Assembly (NCBI RefSeq): GCF_001194135.2
Contig: NC_068990.1
Coordinates: 2,608,926-2,650,924 of the forward strand
Direction of reading: 5' to 3'
Origin: Octopus bimaculoides
Lineage: Eukaryota
DNA length: 41,999 bases
Numbering within the stretch: position 1 is the stretch's first letter; every line of letters starts with the position of its first letter. Below, in pieces: positions 24,721 through 37,577 of this stretch. The notes below the pieces were generated by a model. That model saw only the letters and a program-made list of their open reading frames with translations, was not told where the DNA came from and did no database searches. The position numbers and the translations under genes are program-made.

Positions 24721-25510
24721 AACGTGTTAAAAATAGTGTATAGAGAATTATCTACAAATCGAAGCATCTTTACTTTGGAAAGACTCTATAGGATATTTGC
24801 GTGTCATCTTCAAAAAAATGCATTAGTAAGACAAGACTAATCTTGACACTTCAGACATTCTTCGTAACTGTTTCAATGTATTTTTTGCATGAGTTTATTT
24901 TACACCAGGACTTTATGATATATCTTTAAGCACACGCACTCGATACAACATACACACACACACACACACACTTACACACACACACACACTTAGACACATA
25001 CACACACACACACACACACACATACACAACTGACACTTTGATATATTTAGTCACATACTGTGTTTAGTGTAAAATGGAATGCAGTACGTTTTATTTATGA
25101 TATTTTTGTAACATTTTTGTGTTAAAAATTTTATCCCACTATTCGAACAGAAGTAACAATAGAAAATAGGTTTTAACGTAACTTTAATTCACAGGGGGAA
25201 ATCATGTTTCATTTCTTTCCCATTAAAATCCTGTCTCACCGCCTTGTCACCTGCAAGAAAAAAGTTATTTGCTGAACCTACAATACAATCAACTCCGATA
25301 ATTATATTCTAGGTTGGATGAAGAAGTATTTCTACCGAGACCCGTGACGAAGGTTACATAAGGGGTCGAAATTCGTAATGATGTATTCCAGGCAATATGT
25401 TTTAGGAGGATAACTTTAAGTTTAATGCAAATCTGTTTCTTCACATTCCAATCTACACGTACGCACAAATACGCACATGCACACATACGCGCAAACACAC
25501 ATACACGCAC

Positions 25511-25541
<31 letters not shown>

Positions 25542-26882
25542 GATATATATATATATATACGCATACATGCAGCAATTGATAAAAGGTGTAAATTTGTGGT
25601 CTCGGTCATCACCGCATAAATATTGCTATCATAGGTAATTATACACTAAGTGAAAAACCACAATATTGTCTTGCCCGCTTGCATCCAATGCGCTATGTAT
25701 CAGAACGTATTTTTCGTGGTTTGAAGATCCGATATATTCTTTCAGCGAGCAAGGAAGCCACTTACTGGTTTTCCTCTTAGTGTATTATTACCTATGGTTA
25801 TACACTCTTATATATATATATATAAATATATATATAAAATTTACAGTCTACGGACAATTTTTTATGCTTGCTGGTCACTGGTATAAATTATTATTTTTGA
25901 TAATTTTTACCCTTAATATGCTTATACATATATAATATTTCGTGGGTGATTAAAATAGGTGAACATATGTTTTATTTTGAGTTACGAAGAAATGTGTCTT
26001 AGTTGTTGTTTTGTGGTTTCAAATTCGCAGTTACGTGCAGCTCAGTGGGATGCATGGAATATTAATGTCTCCAATATTATGAATGAATTTAGTCGGACAA
26101 TAACTGTGTTGAATGGTATCAAATAGATTGTACATTAGTTTTCGAAGTTTATACATTATTAATGGGTTTACATACTTCAGAAAATCTGGAGAAACTTTCG
26201 GCGCTGATACACATCGTTTTACCTCTTCATTAAAAAAGGTATTGACCTTAGTATACGAAGAACCAATTTCTAGAAACTTTTGATCGTTAGAAATCGATTT
26301 TCAGATATATTATAAGCTCACTGAAATGAGTAAGTTTGCATAATTGCGTTCGTGAAAATTGGTTTAAACTGCTGTATTTCATGTATCATAATTACTATTT
26401 CCTCATCCTGAAAGGAAAAGGGACACGGTCAATGTTTAGGTGATAGTAAATATACATTCAGAATGAAAGGTGTGGTGAATCTTCGGTTTTGTTTAAATTT
26501 TGGCTCATTCAGATTTGAAGGGGCAACACCTAATGCGTTTTCAAAATTCTACGAATGTCAGGGAAATGTTACAAGAAAGAGCATTTAGTTAGTAATACGT
26601 ATAGATCAGACGCCAGTGTTAAGTATACCGTGCTGATGTTATGTCTCCTGTGATCACATTAACTTGACGCATATTTTACTCTTACACTGCACATATAGTA
26701 ATTATGTTTCAGGAATATGATAATGGTAGTCTACTGTCGTCAGAATAAAGTCGGCTCAGCAAATTCTTGCTGAACAAACTGCGAAGACGAGCTACTTATA
26801 TTGATCAAAATGATTTTGTTGTACATTACATTGCTCCCTCCATGGAACTGACGCTGCCTGAATAGGTGACAAAGTGATCGCA

Positions 26883-26992
26883 AAGCAATATGAGATGAAG
26901 TGTTTTACTCAAGAACACAACGCGCTGCTCGGTCCAATAACTGAAATCACGATCAGAAGATCGCAAGTTCAACACTCTTACGACTTGGCCAT
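26883..26992 (-). mobile_element. tRNA-type SINE fragment (family A)
   Basis: Exact 26-mer shared with 225-250, plus a decayed tRNA head. Confidence 0.7.
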
Positions 26993-26993
26993 G

Positions 26994-27005
26994 TCTGTCT
27001 ATCTA

Positions 27006-27071
<66 letters not shown>

Positions 27072-27171
27072 ACTCTCATTATATATATAGTGAGAGAGAG
27101 AGGGAGTGAGATATAGTTATATGTATGTATATATGTATGTTTGTATGTATGTATGTATGTATGTATGTATG

Positions 27172-27202
<31 letters not shown>

Positions 27203-27206
27203 ATAT
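26994..27206. repeat. (TCTG)n followed by (TATG)n tetranucleotide arrays
   Basis: Directly visible, ending at the gap 27207-27674. Confidence 0.95.
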
Positions 27207-27674
27207 NNNNNNNNNNNNNNNNNNNNNNNNNNNNNNNNNNNNNNNNNNNNNNNNNNNNNNNNNNNNNNNNNNNNNNNNNNNNNNNNNNNNNNNNNNNNNN
27301 NNNNNNNNNNNNNNNNNNNNNNNNNNNNNNNNNNNNNNNNNNNNNNNNNNNNNNNNNNNNNNNNNNNNNNNNNNNNNNNNNNNNNNNNNNNNNNNNNNNN
27401 NNNNNNNNNNNNNNNNNNNNNNNNNNNNNNNNNNNNNNNNNNNNNNNNNNNNNNNNNNNNNNNNNNNNNNNNNNNNNNNNNNNNNNNNNNNNNNNNNNNN
27501 NNNNNNNNNNNNNNNNNNNNNNNNNNNNNNNNNNNNNNNNNNNNNNNNNNNNNNNNNNNNNNNNNNNNNNNNNNNNNNNNNNNNNNNNNNNNNNNNNNNN
27601 NNNNNNNNNNNNNNNNNNNNNNNNNNNNNNNNNNNNNNNNNNNNNNNNNNNNNNNNNNNNNNNNNNNNNNNNNN

Positions 27675-27707
<33 letters not shown>

Positions 27708-29509
27708 CGTATGTGTGTTTGAGTGTGGGTGCGTGTGTGCCAAACTGATTGAGGCAATTCCAAATCAACGTTTTGGCTTTTTTGTAGATTTTCAAGTGAA
27801 ATATAATAGATTGTTATTCTCTATTGCGGTGTGTAAAGGATTAAATTCACCAGTGTTTTTTTTTTACCTATAGGCTGATAGGGTACTATTTCTAGCAAGA
27901 TTTCTCGCTGATATTTTATGAATAGCATTTTAAAAGTTTAAAATACGCTGTGTTTATCATTTAATTTAGAATGGCTGAATGTATGGAAATTACAAAAGGA
28001 TTGAAATAATACAGGATAAATTTTACAGGCTACTCTGAAATTCGAATTTTCAACTTCTAATTACTGAATGATAAGCATTACACCAGCAGACCATTTCTAC
28101 ATGCTGTATAAATATAGAAGCATATTTTATTGCTACTTAAAAAATTTCATTGTTTAGCATGTGTTCAAAAACACCTCTTTGAAATAATTGTCGAGTAAGC
28201 AGTAGTACAGTTACTGAACTGAAGATCAAATCTCAAAGTGCAAATGATAATGTGCTGAGGAAAAGACATCATAAATTCAATAATAAATATTGATTTTAAT
28301 CAATGCGGCAAGCACGAGTGACAGTAACAGACATCATTCGATATAAGAAACATTTTGTGGGAAGAATAGATTCACATAGAACATGTACAGATTTTTTTAA
28401 TCTGTAGGTGTGAAAACTTGTCATAATTTCGAGAAGATATATGTACATTACTGAAGGATGTCGTTCGCATAAAGCCTTTCTCAGGGGGACTAATAGAAAT
28501 GGAACATAAAATGATTTGCAGTGCCATACTTGGAGAGACTTTGAAAATAGCGTCATGTTTGAGACGATGATGTGTTTCGCCACATAGCGTACATTAATTA
28601 GTTTAATTTATGCTAGTTTTGTAAACTAAAGTACATCAACTGTTAATACTGTTTAATACTGGTTTAATCACGGATGTAGGTACAGATCGTTTATCTAAAT
28701 AATTATAATCTCACTGATTTTATGTTTTATATAGAAGAAAATCAATGAGGGAAGCACACACTTTTGCATCAATTTTGATAGATATATTTTAGCTATACAG
28801 AAGCAAGTTAAAATCATAGCAAATTTATAAACCACGTTTTGCACGAAGCTGATACTGAGGTATATAAAGTGGTTTCTAACGTAATTATGTGATCACAAAA
28901 AATGTATCCCCTTCACTTAAATGGATAATAATTGATCTGTCTGCTCGGGAAATTAAATTGTTTGAATCTACCTTCTCATATAATGGGAACCGTTTCTCGT
29001 AAGTATGCTTTCAAAGATGAACACTATTGGAGACAGTATGGGTCCATTAGCAATTATAACAACTGAAGTTTTCAATACAATCTTCCACTCGCTACTGTTT
29101 GTAAAAAAATGCGATGTATTGAACGATAAGCGCAAGAATTCACAGGAAGATAAACAAAAGTAGGTTTAATGCATATATTTACATAGAGTACGAAACAGTT
29201 CGGAATGAAGTAAACGAAAGGACTTATGTAATAGACATTTTTTCACAGCTGTTTCGGGAGCATCATTGTTCTAACTGCAGACATGCATAATAACTGCGCA
29301 TGATGTCGTTAGTGTATGTTTGTCAAGAGAAGGTGATTATATAACTACTTCCGTTTACTTTCTTCCGTAGTGTGCATTTTTTATCGATAAAGATCTACTT
29401 CTTAAACATTTTTGTGTATATATATTCCTTTATCCATTTATAACACTTCGACATGGATCATTCTTATAGCTAACTTGCGTATGTGTGTTTGAGAGTATAT
29501 ACCCCCACC

Positions 29510-29555
<46 letters not shown>

Positions 29556-30429
29556 CAACCGAAAGATGATCCAAAACAATAACAAAGCAGAAATGGCTTA
29601 ATCGGATTCTGTTAATTCCCCCACGTAAATTCCAGATCAAAGCCATTACAGATAGACCCGAAACACAAAGACGCCCCAGGGAAAGAATGGCACTGGAAAA
29701 AATGAAAATGGAAATAGAACTTCTAAAATTGAAGATAAAGTAACATCCACTGATGAAGAGATCGACCCAATTCCCCGATCAAGAGATCTCTGAACTATGG
29801 AAAGAGGATTGCGATAAAGAAGAATTGAAATACATCCAACGCTGGGAGAAAAGAGCCTCTTGGTTCTTAAACTATGAAACCATCTTTCAAACAGAGCACG
29901 CTTCCAACAAACCTTTCCTGAAAATAAGAAAATCAAAACAACACACAAACATTGATTTATACCTGTCTAAAAATCGGAAACATCACCACTACGAAACAAG
30001 AGAATACACGACCTAACCCTAACATTGTAAGCCACCAGCGATACAATATCGGGAGTACTCTAACTTCAAACAGAGAAAGGGAAAATCCCCACCCACAGGA
30101 TCGACATTGCAACCCCCCCCCCCCGATAAGGAGTTACCAACGAAATTTTCGTTCCAAAAATCTACTAAACAACCATGCACAACAAACCCATACATACGCA
30201 ATAATTACCAACGACGGCCCCCTAAAACACCACATCCGAACATGGGATATCGGGACACACTTTTCAATACCGTTCCAAGAACCCGCACCATAAATCACAA
30301 CAGCGCACCCCGCAACAACAAGGATCAACTACATAATAGCTACCGTCCCAAACGCCACAATCATTTTTTAGACCCAATACGCAAGCACAGAGACACAAGA
30401 TAGCACCAAACAAGCAGGCGGAATCAAAA

Positions 30430-30780
30430 GTGATGAAAATTATCAATCTATCTCACAAAGAACTAACAACACACCAAATCAATATACTCTCCAAAGGGCT
30501 CAAATTCACATCCACCCCACAACGCCCCAACTACAATGAAATGAAAGAAGACATCCCAGAATTCTGCACGAAATTACGACTCTCTGAGGAGCTATACGAC
30601 AAATACTACGAGGACGAAACTTTGGTCCGAAATAGAAATAACTACATCGTCTCAAAAGGCAAGAACAAAACTCTTGGTCGTTTCTGTGAAGACATCTCGA
30701 ATTACCCATACCAACACATGCACAAACAAAAACACAAACCAAACATCAGCAGTTATCTCCCTTGCTCACAGCAACAATGA
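30430..30780 (+). pseudogene. PLE ORF N-terminal (pre-RT) fragment
   Basis: The motif match described for the enclosing element; the similarity stops after DISNYPY. Confidence 0.75.
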
Positions 30781-30904
30781 TAACGTTAACCAATTACCTC
30801 CCCTTGTTCTTGTACTTATGAAGCCATTCACTCATAAATATCGTCACACAAGATGGACAAAAATTTCTTCTTAAGAAAATACATATTCAAATAAGTAAAC
30901 CTTA

Positions 30905-30939
30905 ATATCATGAATAGCGAAAGTGAAACCGGTCGATAT
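30905..30939 (+). ncRNA. Decayed minimal type I hammerhead ribozyme
   Basis: ATATC-ATGAATA-GCGAAAGT-GAAA-CCGGTC-GATAT. Stem I is 5 bp, the core differs from CTGANGA at 2 positions, stem II is 2 bp with a GAAA loop, stem III is the palindrome ACCGGT, and the site is GUC. Confidence 0.6.
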
Positions 30940-31072
30940 ATTAAAAATTATATCAAAACTATGTAAAGTGTGTATGGTTTATCTTTTTTAATTTCTTATA
31001 TATATTACAACTCACCACGTAGGGATAATCGAAATTACTCTTTCTCTGTTACTGCTATATCTCTATATATAT

Positions 31073-31485
31073 AGGCGTAGGTGTGGCTGTGTGGTAAAAA
31101 GGTTGCTTCCGAAACAAATGGTTTGGTTCCGGGTTCCGATCTACTACGTTGCTGCTTGGGCTTTTGCCTACTACTATAGCTACCGGCCGACTAAACAGTG
31201 TGAGTGGATTTGGTACACGGAGACTGAAAGAAGCCTGTCGTATATATATATGCATATATCAGTGTGTGTGTGTCTTTTTGTCTCCTTTCTTCCCCCATCA
31301 CCACTTGCCAACCGGTGTTTGTGTTTTTATACCTCCATAACTTAGTGGCTCGACGAAAGGGGTTGAGAAAAATAAGTACTAGGATTCAGATATGTCCTGA
31401 GGTCGATTTGTGTCACTAAAACACTTTAAGGTAATGGTCCAGCATTACCACAGTCAAATGACTGAAACAAGAATAACAATAAAAA
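31073..31485 (+). mobile_element. Full-length composite SINE (family C) with internal microsatellite and LINE-like tail
   Basis: It has a tRNA-like head (GTGGCTGTGTGGT...GGTTCCG) and a body GAGTGGATTTGGTACACGGAGACTGAAAGAAGCCTGTCG shared with 36781-36820. The tail matches the LINE 3' end at 30/39. Confidence 0.8.
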
Positions 31486-31715
31486 GTCACACATGCACAC
31501 GCGCACACGCACACGCACGCACACACACACACACATACATAATGGATCACAATATATTCCAACGGATCACAAGGTAATCTTTGTATTGTCTTTTTGTGCA
31601 CCCTGATCATTTTCATCGAAGGTATTTTAAAATGCAAGTTTATATATTTATGTATTTATATAGTATTTTCTACCTTGACTTTTTCCCATATATATCAGCT
31701 CCTTTTCAACCTTCT

Positions 31716-31753
<38 letters not shown>

Positions 31754-31764
31754 TTATATATTTA

Positions 31765-32113
31765 TTTATGGGTTTCAGCCAAGTGGCTGTGGTCATGCTG
31801 GAGTACCACCGTGATTTTCTGTCTTTATGCTTTGCTCTCTTCACGCTCCTTGCATGGCTCTTCTCCTGCACCTGATATGGTCTAATCAAGAGTTTTGATG
31901 GCACATCTGGTGTATAAGAGAATTTGACATCGCTGCCCTAAACTGTGTCTCATTTCGAGCCATTGGTTCGTCTGGTATCGTGGCGAGGAAAGCGTCGAGT
32001 TTTGTCTTGAAGACATCCACATCCGTGTCTTGCAGGTCTCTCAAATGTTTTGGCAGGGCATTGAAGAGCTGAGGTCCTCTGAAACCGAGGCTGCTGCAGT
32101 ATCCTGTTCTTAT
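31765..32113 (-). mobile_element. 5'-truncated CR1/L2-type LINE 3' end
   Basis: RTGYCSSLGFRGPQLFNALPKHLRDLQDTDVDVFKTKLDAFLATIPDEP...SNSLIHQ* followed by a UTR ending GGTGGTACTCCAGCATGACCACAGCC. Same family as 3566-4410. Confidence 0.85.
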
Positions 32114-32889
32114 TATGATATATATATACATACACACATATATACATATATATGTATATATATTTGCTTGGTGCGAAAAAGGTACTTTTTACACAGAGCT
32201 TCTAAATGTGCATTTAAAAAAATATTTTCCATTGTACCATCCTTTAGAAACAAATCTGTTAAAATCTGAAGTTCTTTAATTTACATCTTCGGGCTCCGCA
32301 GCTCACTTGAAATTTTGAATAATGAGGGAAGAATCAATTTATTACACCTTTGCCGTCCTTCATTTCCATTTTTACGTTCATTTTTACGAATTAATTTCGT
32401 TTTGTGAAAGTCTTTAAAAACATGAGTGTCAAAATCTCATACTCTAAAATTTATGTCTTCAAGTTCAGCAACGCACTTGAAATTTCGAAATTATGTGAAA
32501 TAGATACACTTTTCGACTTTGTTTTCTTTATTGTTTTTAATAGTAGGTCACTGAATATATGTTACCTGAGGTCTAGATTACACATACGTTAAACTAAAAT
32601 TACGTGTAAACCAATTTTTGATTCTTGACACATTTTGGTTATAAAAATAATAAACATTTCCAATTTATTCGAAATAATTCCATGTAACTAAATAATACGA
32701 ATCGTTGTAGTGCATTCTTTTTTGTTCCAGTAATAGAGCCAATTAATTATTTTAGTAGAAGAGAATTAGCATCTCACGCTCAAATAAAGAATGGAACAGT
32801 CAAAGATCTGCTGTTTTGGAAATACCTAAAACGACACAATTCTAAATGTTTGTTATGTTCATAATAACTAACAACTAAACAATCCTAAT

Positions 32890-34573
32890 TGATTATTGCT
32901 ATATTACCTTTCAATTTGAAGTTCGTTTTTGTCTCGAACATCGGATTTTTTTTTCTCCAAATTCGATTCGACTCCTAATGAAACTGTCTCGCCTGTTCTC
33001 GCCACAAACATTAGATCATACTTCTGTTACGAATTTTACACATCTTTCCAAAGCTTAGGTGTGGAAGGGTAATTTTTCCAGTTGCATCAAATGCTGCTGT
33101 TGAATAAATGTATCGATTTCTTCAACGGAAAATGCCTGTGCTAGGGGTGGTTCAGTAACAATAGTGTCCTGCCAGTTGATTATGCCCGTGTAGTATGAAA
33201 CAGCAAAGTTTAGAGCAGGAATTTTGAAAGGTCTCACAGATTTCTCTTTATACTGTGTTCGAGCCTGCATTATGCGTCTCCATTCTAGTTATCGAATATG
33301 GTTCCTTTTATCGTTTATCATGTCCAGGAAAGTATTTTCAGGTTGCACGAAGAAAGCATTCCGTTGTATAATTGGAAATACAATGTCTTGTACCACTTAA
33401 TCCACTGTCTTGAACATACATAAAGCCCCATTTTCTGAGGAATGTGAACAACATTGGCACATAAACTTTCATTATGTAAGCGGCAGTTAATGTCATCATG
33501 TTAGAAGATTTTTAGGTGGCAACATACAAACCAAAGCATACGATTTGCAGTTGTAAGTCATCGTGAATGCGCCATTTTACCGTGATTCCTTAATGCAATT
33601 TCAGGTGAACATTTCCCTCCAGAAATAGAGTGGTGGATATCAAGAAGGTATTTTTAATCAAAGCTGAGATCGTTTCTGTCTACTGATCGTAAGTCCGTTC
33701 GAATCTGATTAAATCTGATAACACTTAGTGCTTCACATCGATCCAGTCTATTTCCAATCGGCCGAAGAAAATCCACGAGGCCCGGTAGTTTTTCCGTCGT
33801 GATCGTTAACAAGATGGCGTAAGTGAAGCTCATTTGCGTGAAGTTGACACAAAAACCAATGCAATGGCTTCTTGAATTTATCTTCCAAAAGTCTAATTGT
33901 GCCTCCTTTTGGCCCTGTATTGGCTGCAGTACCGTTGTAAAATGGAACTGGAAAATCATCATCTTCGCCTGCTGATCCATTTCCAGATTCACTGCCTGAT
34001 GAAAACGCTATTAATTCAGAATCCTTTGCTGACATAGAATGGTGACTGTGATCTGGCCGATATTTTCTAATCAATCTCTGCACGTTCTGTTTAGATACTG
34101 CTTCATCTATTCCGCCAATTATTATTGTCCGTTCTTCCTGTAAAAACTCTTGTTCTCTGTGGTACTTTTGGTCTTTACTACAGCTGCAGATTTTAAAGGA
34201 GTTGCACTTGCAAGAGGAAATGTCAAATAAATCTTTTGTTGCATCGCTTTTAAACACATTACAGATTGTTGGAAACGATAGCAATTTTTTTTATTTTTCA
34301 GATTATAGTAGTGCTTTGTACTTTAGATAAAAGTTTAAGATTTTCGGTTTAACTGACTCAATCGTAACACAATGAAGAATTATCTTTTCTGCTAGAATCT
34401 TGAAAATTTGTTTAATTGAAGGAACTTTCTTAACTACGTACTTTTCGTTTTCTCGTTCAAATAGTACATTTTAGTACGCCCTTGTAAGTTGGCAAAACTT
34501 GTTCGCGAAGATCGCATGGACTACCAAATATTGGGCATTCAACATCATGACGCCTTATTGGCTTATGAGTCAT
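32890..34573 (-). pseudogene. hAT-superfamily (hATm-like) transposase pseudogene
   Basis: The motif series runs MTHKPIRRHDVECPIFGSPCDLREQVLPTYKGVLKC, LFDISSCKC, NGTAANTGPKGGTIRLLE, LCQLHANELHLRHL, GKMAHSR*LTTANR and HT*ALERCVKFVTE...RRDSFIR. It has many stops and frameshifts. The subfamily label is from recall and TIRs were not located. Confidence 0.8.
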
Positions 34574-35821
34574 CACGAAATGTAAACAACACTAAATTCA
34601 ACACGTTCAGACCATCATTAATTTTAATACAATGGCCTAGAATCAAGGTAAAAAGCAGAGAAATTCACACACGTACGACGTACACGCAACGACCGTTGCA
34701 GCGGCAGTGGAGAAACATTCACACACCCGTTCTATTTATAGTCAATGCGGAACCTCAAGGTATTATTTGTCAATCGTATTGAAACTTGGTATGAAACTTC
34801 GTAACAAACTTGCTTTTACTGTGTTGCATTCTGCTATGTAGAAATATGTATTTATTACCTGTTATAATCCATAAAATCCAAAATTCGACCCCAAAAAAGT
34901 GATTTAAAAAATTTTCAATTATGTTGCGGTACCTGAACACAATATTTAACTGTAAAATTTCTTATACATCTTTCTTTCAACCCTAATTTGCAACAAAATA
35001 TCGATTCTTGGTTACCAATTTCGAAAGTTGCATTTTTCCCTCCATGTACATTCTTACTTTAATATTGTAACTTTTTCAAACATAGTCTTGCCTATCACTT
35101 TTTATCCTCGTGTAAAATATATATACATATATTATTTCGTTTTTCAATATTAATATGTATATGCATAACTCTCTATGGTTTTTTCTAGTAGTCCACCTGT
35201 TACGTTATATTCTACTATGCACACCTGGCCCTGTTTATTATAATTTGTCTCGACCTGTTACCATTTTTTAAAAACATAACCGTTATAGTTTTCATTCTTA
35301 TTCTTATGTTATAGTTTACCGAACATACGCATTGATATGACTGTCTTTTTTCCCCTTTCGTCTCACTATCATTATTACTGTTATTTTTCCCCTTTTAAAA
35401 TGTGCTTGCAAATATCCGATTTTTTTCTCTATTACCCAACTTGTATTCTCCCTTATTGTATCTTAATTTAATTTACTTTATTTCATTAAAACTTTTTTGA
35501 TGAAAATGCAATGCATAAATTTAATTATAATTACTATGTTTATAATTTTTTGTTACATATTTGTATTGTCCTGATTGAACATCTTTCTCTCCTCCATTTT
35601 TCTATAATTCTTTATATTTTTATACCTATAACGATATTTTTTCAACTACTATTTTCGTATTCTTATTCTTACTCTGGCGGTTTTTTTTATGAATATGATG
35701 AATGTTTATTAGAAATCATTCTTTCTCACTTTTTCGACCTCTCAAAAAGTTTGAATTGCTCTCTTTTGAACTTTGTTCCTTATATATATATATATATATA
35801 TATACATTTAGTGAATGGAGC

Positions 35822-36211
35822 AAAACGCATATGTTAACTGCATACTTTTATTTCCAACATATATTTCGAAGATTACAAATTATACCTCCCATAGGAATCG
35901 GTGATGTTAAGAATGTAATCTTCTCTTCAGAGAAATGCATGGGAGCCAGCTTAAACGTAAGACATTTTAACGGAATATGAGAACTGTAGTTGGAGAAGGT
36001 TGTTACGTAATTTATTTGAAAAAGCCGTTAGAGGTTGGGACGCTACTAGACAGTACGTTGGACAAGGAGGGAAGAAAAGAAGGAAACAAAAAAAGAAAGA
36101 ACATTTAGAGTGCATTTCCCTGAAGTGCATTCACCGATTCCTATGGAACGTATAATTTGTAATCTTCGAAACATGTTGGAAATAAAAGTATGCAGTTAAA
36201 ATATGCGTTTT
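35822..36211. mobile_element. MITE with about 80-bp TIRs
   Basis: 35822-35904 is a near-perfect reverse complement of 36131-36211. A further inner match is 35925-35939 versus 36111-36125 (14/15). No coding capacity. Confidence 0.85.
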
Positions 36212-36723
36212 ATATATTTACTCAAGTACCCAAAATAACAAGGAGTTTCTACCTCATAAACATGAGTTACACCACAGTCATTTAGTGATCTTTGCTACCC
36301 TGGTATCTATTAACCAATTTATTTTGTCCGAGTTATTTATTAATTAGGAGAAAATAAATACATATAATGATAATAATAATAATATATNNNNNNNNNNNNN
36401 NNNNNNNNNNNNNNNNNNNNNNNNNNNNNNNNNNNNNNNNNNNNNNNNNNNNNNNNNNNNNNNNNNNNNNNNNNNNNNNNNNNNNNNNNNNNNNNNNNNN
36501 NNNNNNNNNNNNNNNNNNNNNNNNNNNNNNNNNNNNNNNNNNNNNNNNNNNNNNNNNNNNNNNNNNNNNNNNNNNNNNNNNNNNNNNNNNNNNNNNNNNN
36601 NNNNNNNNNNNNNNNNNNNNNNNNNNNNNNNNNNNNNNNNNNNNNNNNNNNNNNNNNNNNNNNNNNNNNNNNNNNNNNNNNNNNNNNNNNNNNNNNNNNN
36701 NNNNNNNNNNNNNNNNNNNNNTA

Positions 36724-36761
<38 letters not shown>

Positions 36762-36778
36762 TAGATAGATAGATAGAT

Positions 36779-36847
36779 ATGAGTGGATGTGGTACATGGA
36801 AACTGAAAGAAGCCTGTCGCGTGTGTGTATATGTGTGTGTGTGTGTA
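36779..36847 (+). mobile_element. SINE family C internal fragment
   Basis: GAGTGGATGTGGTACATGGAAACTGAAAGAAGCCTGTCG matches 31203-31241. Confidence 0.7.
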
Positions 36848-36860
36848 TACAGACAGATAT

Positions 36861-37577
36861 ATTGTAGAAGAAATAGAAAAATATATTTTTCAATGCGTAA
36901 ATGCTGATAGAGCAGAAAAATCTGCCGGCAACCAGCACGAGGATCAAACACACACCCAACTAATATCCCGTCGGAGAGTTGTACCTTTAAGCTAAACTGC
37001 CCACTGACAAATTTTTTTTTGAAATTTTAGAATTTATAAAGTCATCCAAAAACTCTGGTTGGTATACAGATTACTCATATGTAAAGAAACATAAGTTTGT
37101 TTTTGAAGTGGTGAAATATATAGCAGAACAATTAGAAAGATATATTTTTCAACGCGTAAATACTGATAGAACTTTTCTGCTCTGTAAGGATTTTATTCTA
37201 TATATGCTGTTCTATCAATATTTACGCGTTTAAAAATATATCTGTCTACTTGTTCTACAATTAATTTCAACACTTATGTTTGTTTACATATGACGTAATC
37301 TATATGATATTTAGCGTTTCTTGTTGCTTTTATAACTTCTAGAATTACAGAAAAATTGTCAATCAGCAGTTTAGCTGACTGACAATTATTCAATTAGTGA
37401 GATGTGAGTTCGTTCCTCAGGGCTGGTTGCCGACAAACGTTTCTGCTCTAAAAGGATTTTATCCTATTTATAGTGTTCTATCAGCATGTAGGTGTTGGAA
37501 ATTTATATCTTTCTACCTGCTCTACAATACATTTCAACGCTTCAAAAACAAAGTTATGTTTGTTTACACATGACGTA

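Larger units (their letters stand above)
29555..30960 (+). mobile_element. Penelope-like element, internally deleted (N-terminal ORF region joined to terminal repeat region)
   Basis: The A/C-rich decayed coding strand carries ORF 30430-30780, KIINLSHKELTTHQINILSKGLKFTSTPQRPNYNEMKEDIPEFCTKLRLSEE. This is the NLS..L...E..LL.KGLxFxPTP...F.RKLRL motif that precedes PLE reverse transcriptases. A hammerhead relic lies downstream and no RT motifs are present. Confidence 0.75.

Noticed and set aside
29245-29270. Minus-strand GAAACAGCTGT palindrome as a hammerhead near the PLE
   Set aside because: The core is badly degenerate, the cleavage position is G and there is no stem I.
30584-30630. CTGAGGA...GAAACTTTGGTC inside the PLE ORF
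   Set aside because: Stems I and II do not pair, so it is a coincidence in coding sequence.
32150-34950. TIRs and 8-bp TSD for the hAT-like element
   Set aside because: No convincing inverted match was found by eye, so boundaries were left undefined.
34960-35500. Pyrimidine-rich tracts (also 40900-41350) as LINE endonuclease relics
   Set aside because: Strand skew only, with no diagnostic motif.
4263-36959. Dozens of track ORFs rich in YI, HT, VC, poly-I/L or X
   Set aside because: They are translations of dinucleotide or trinucleotide microsatellites and N gaps.
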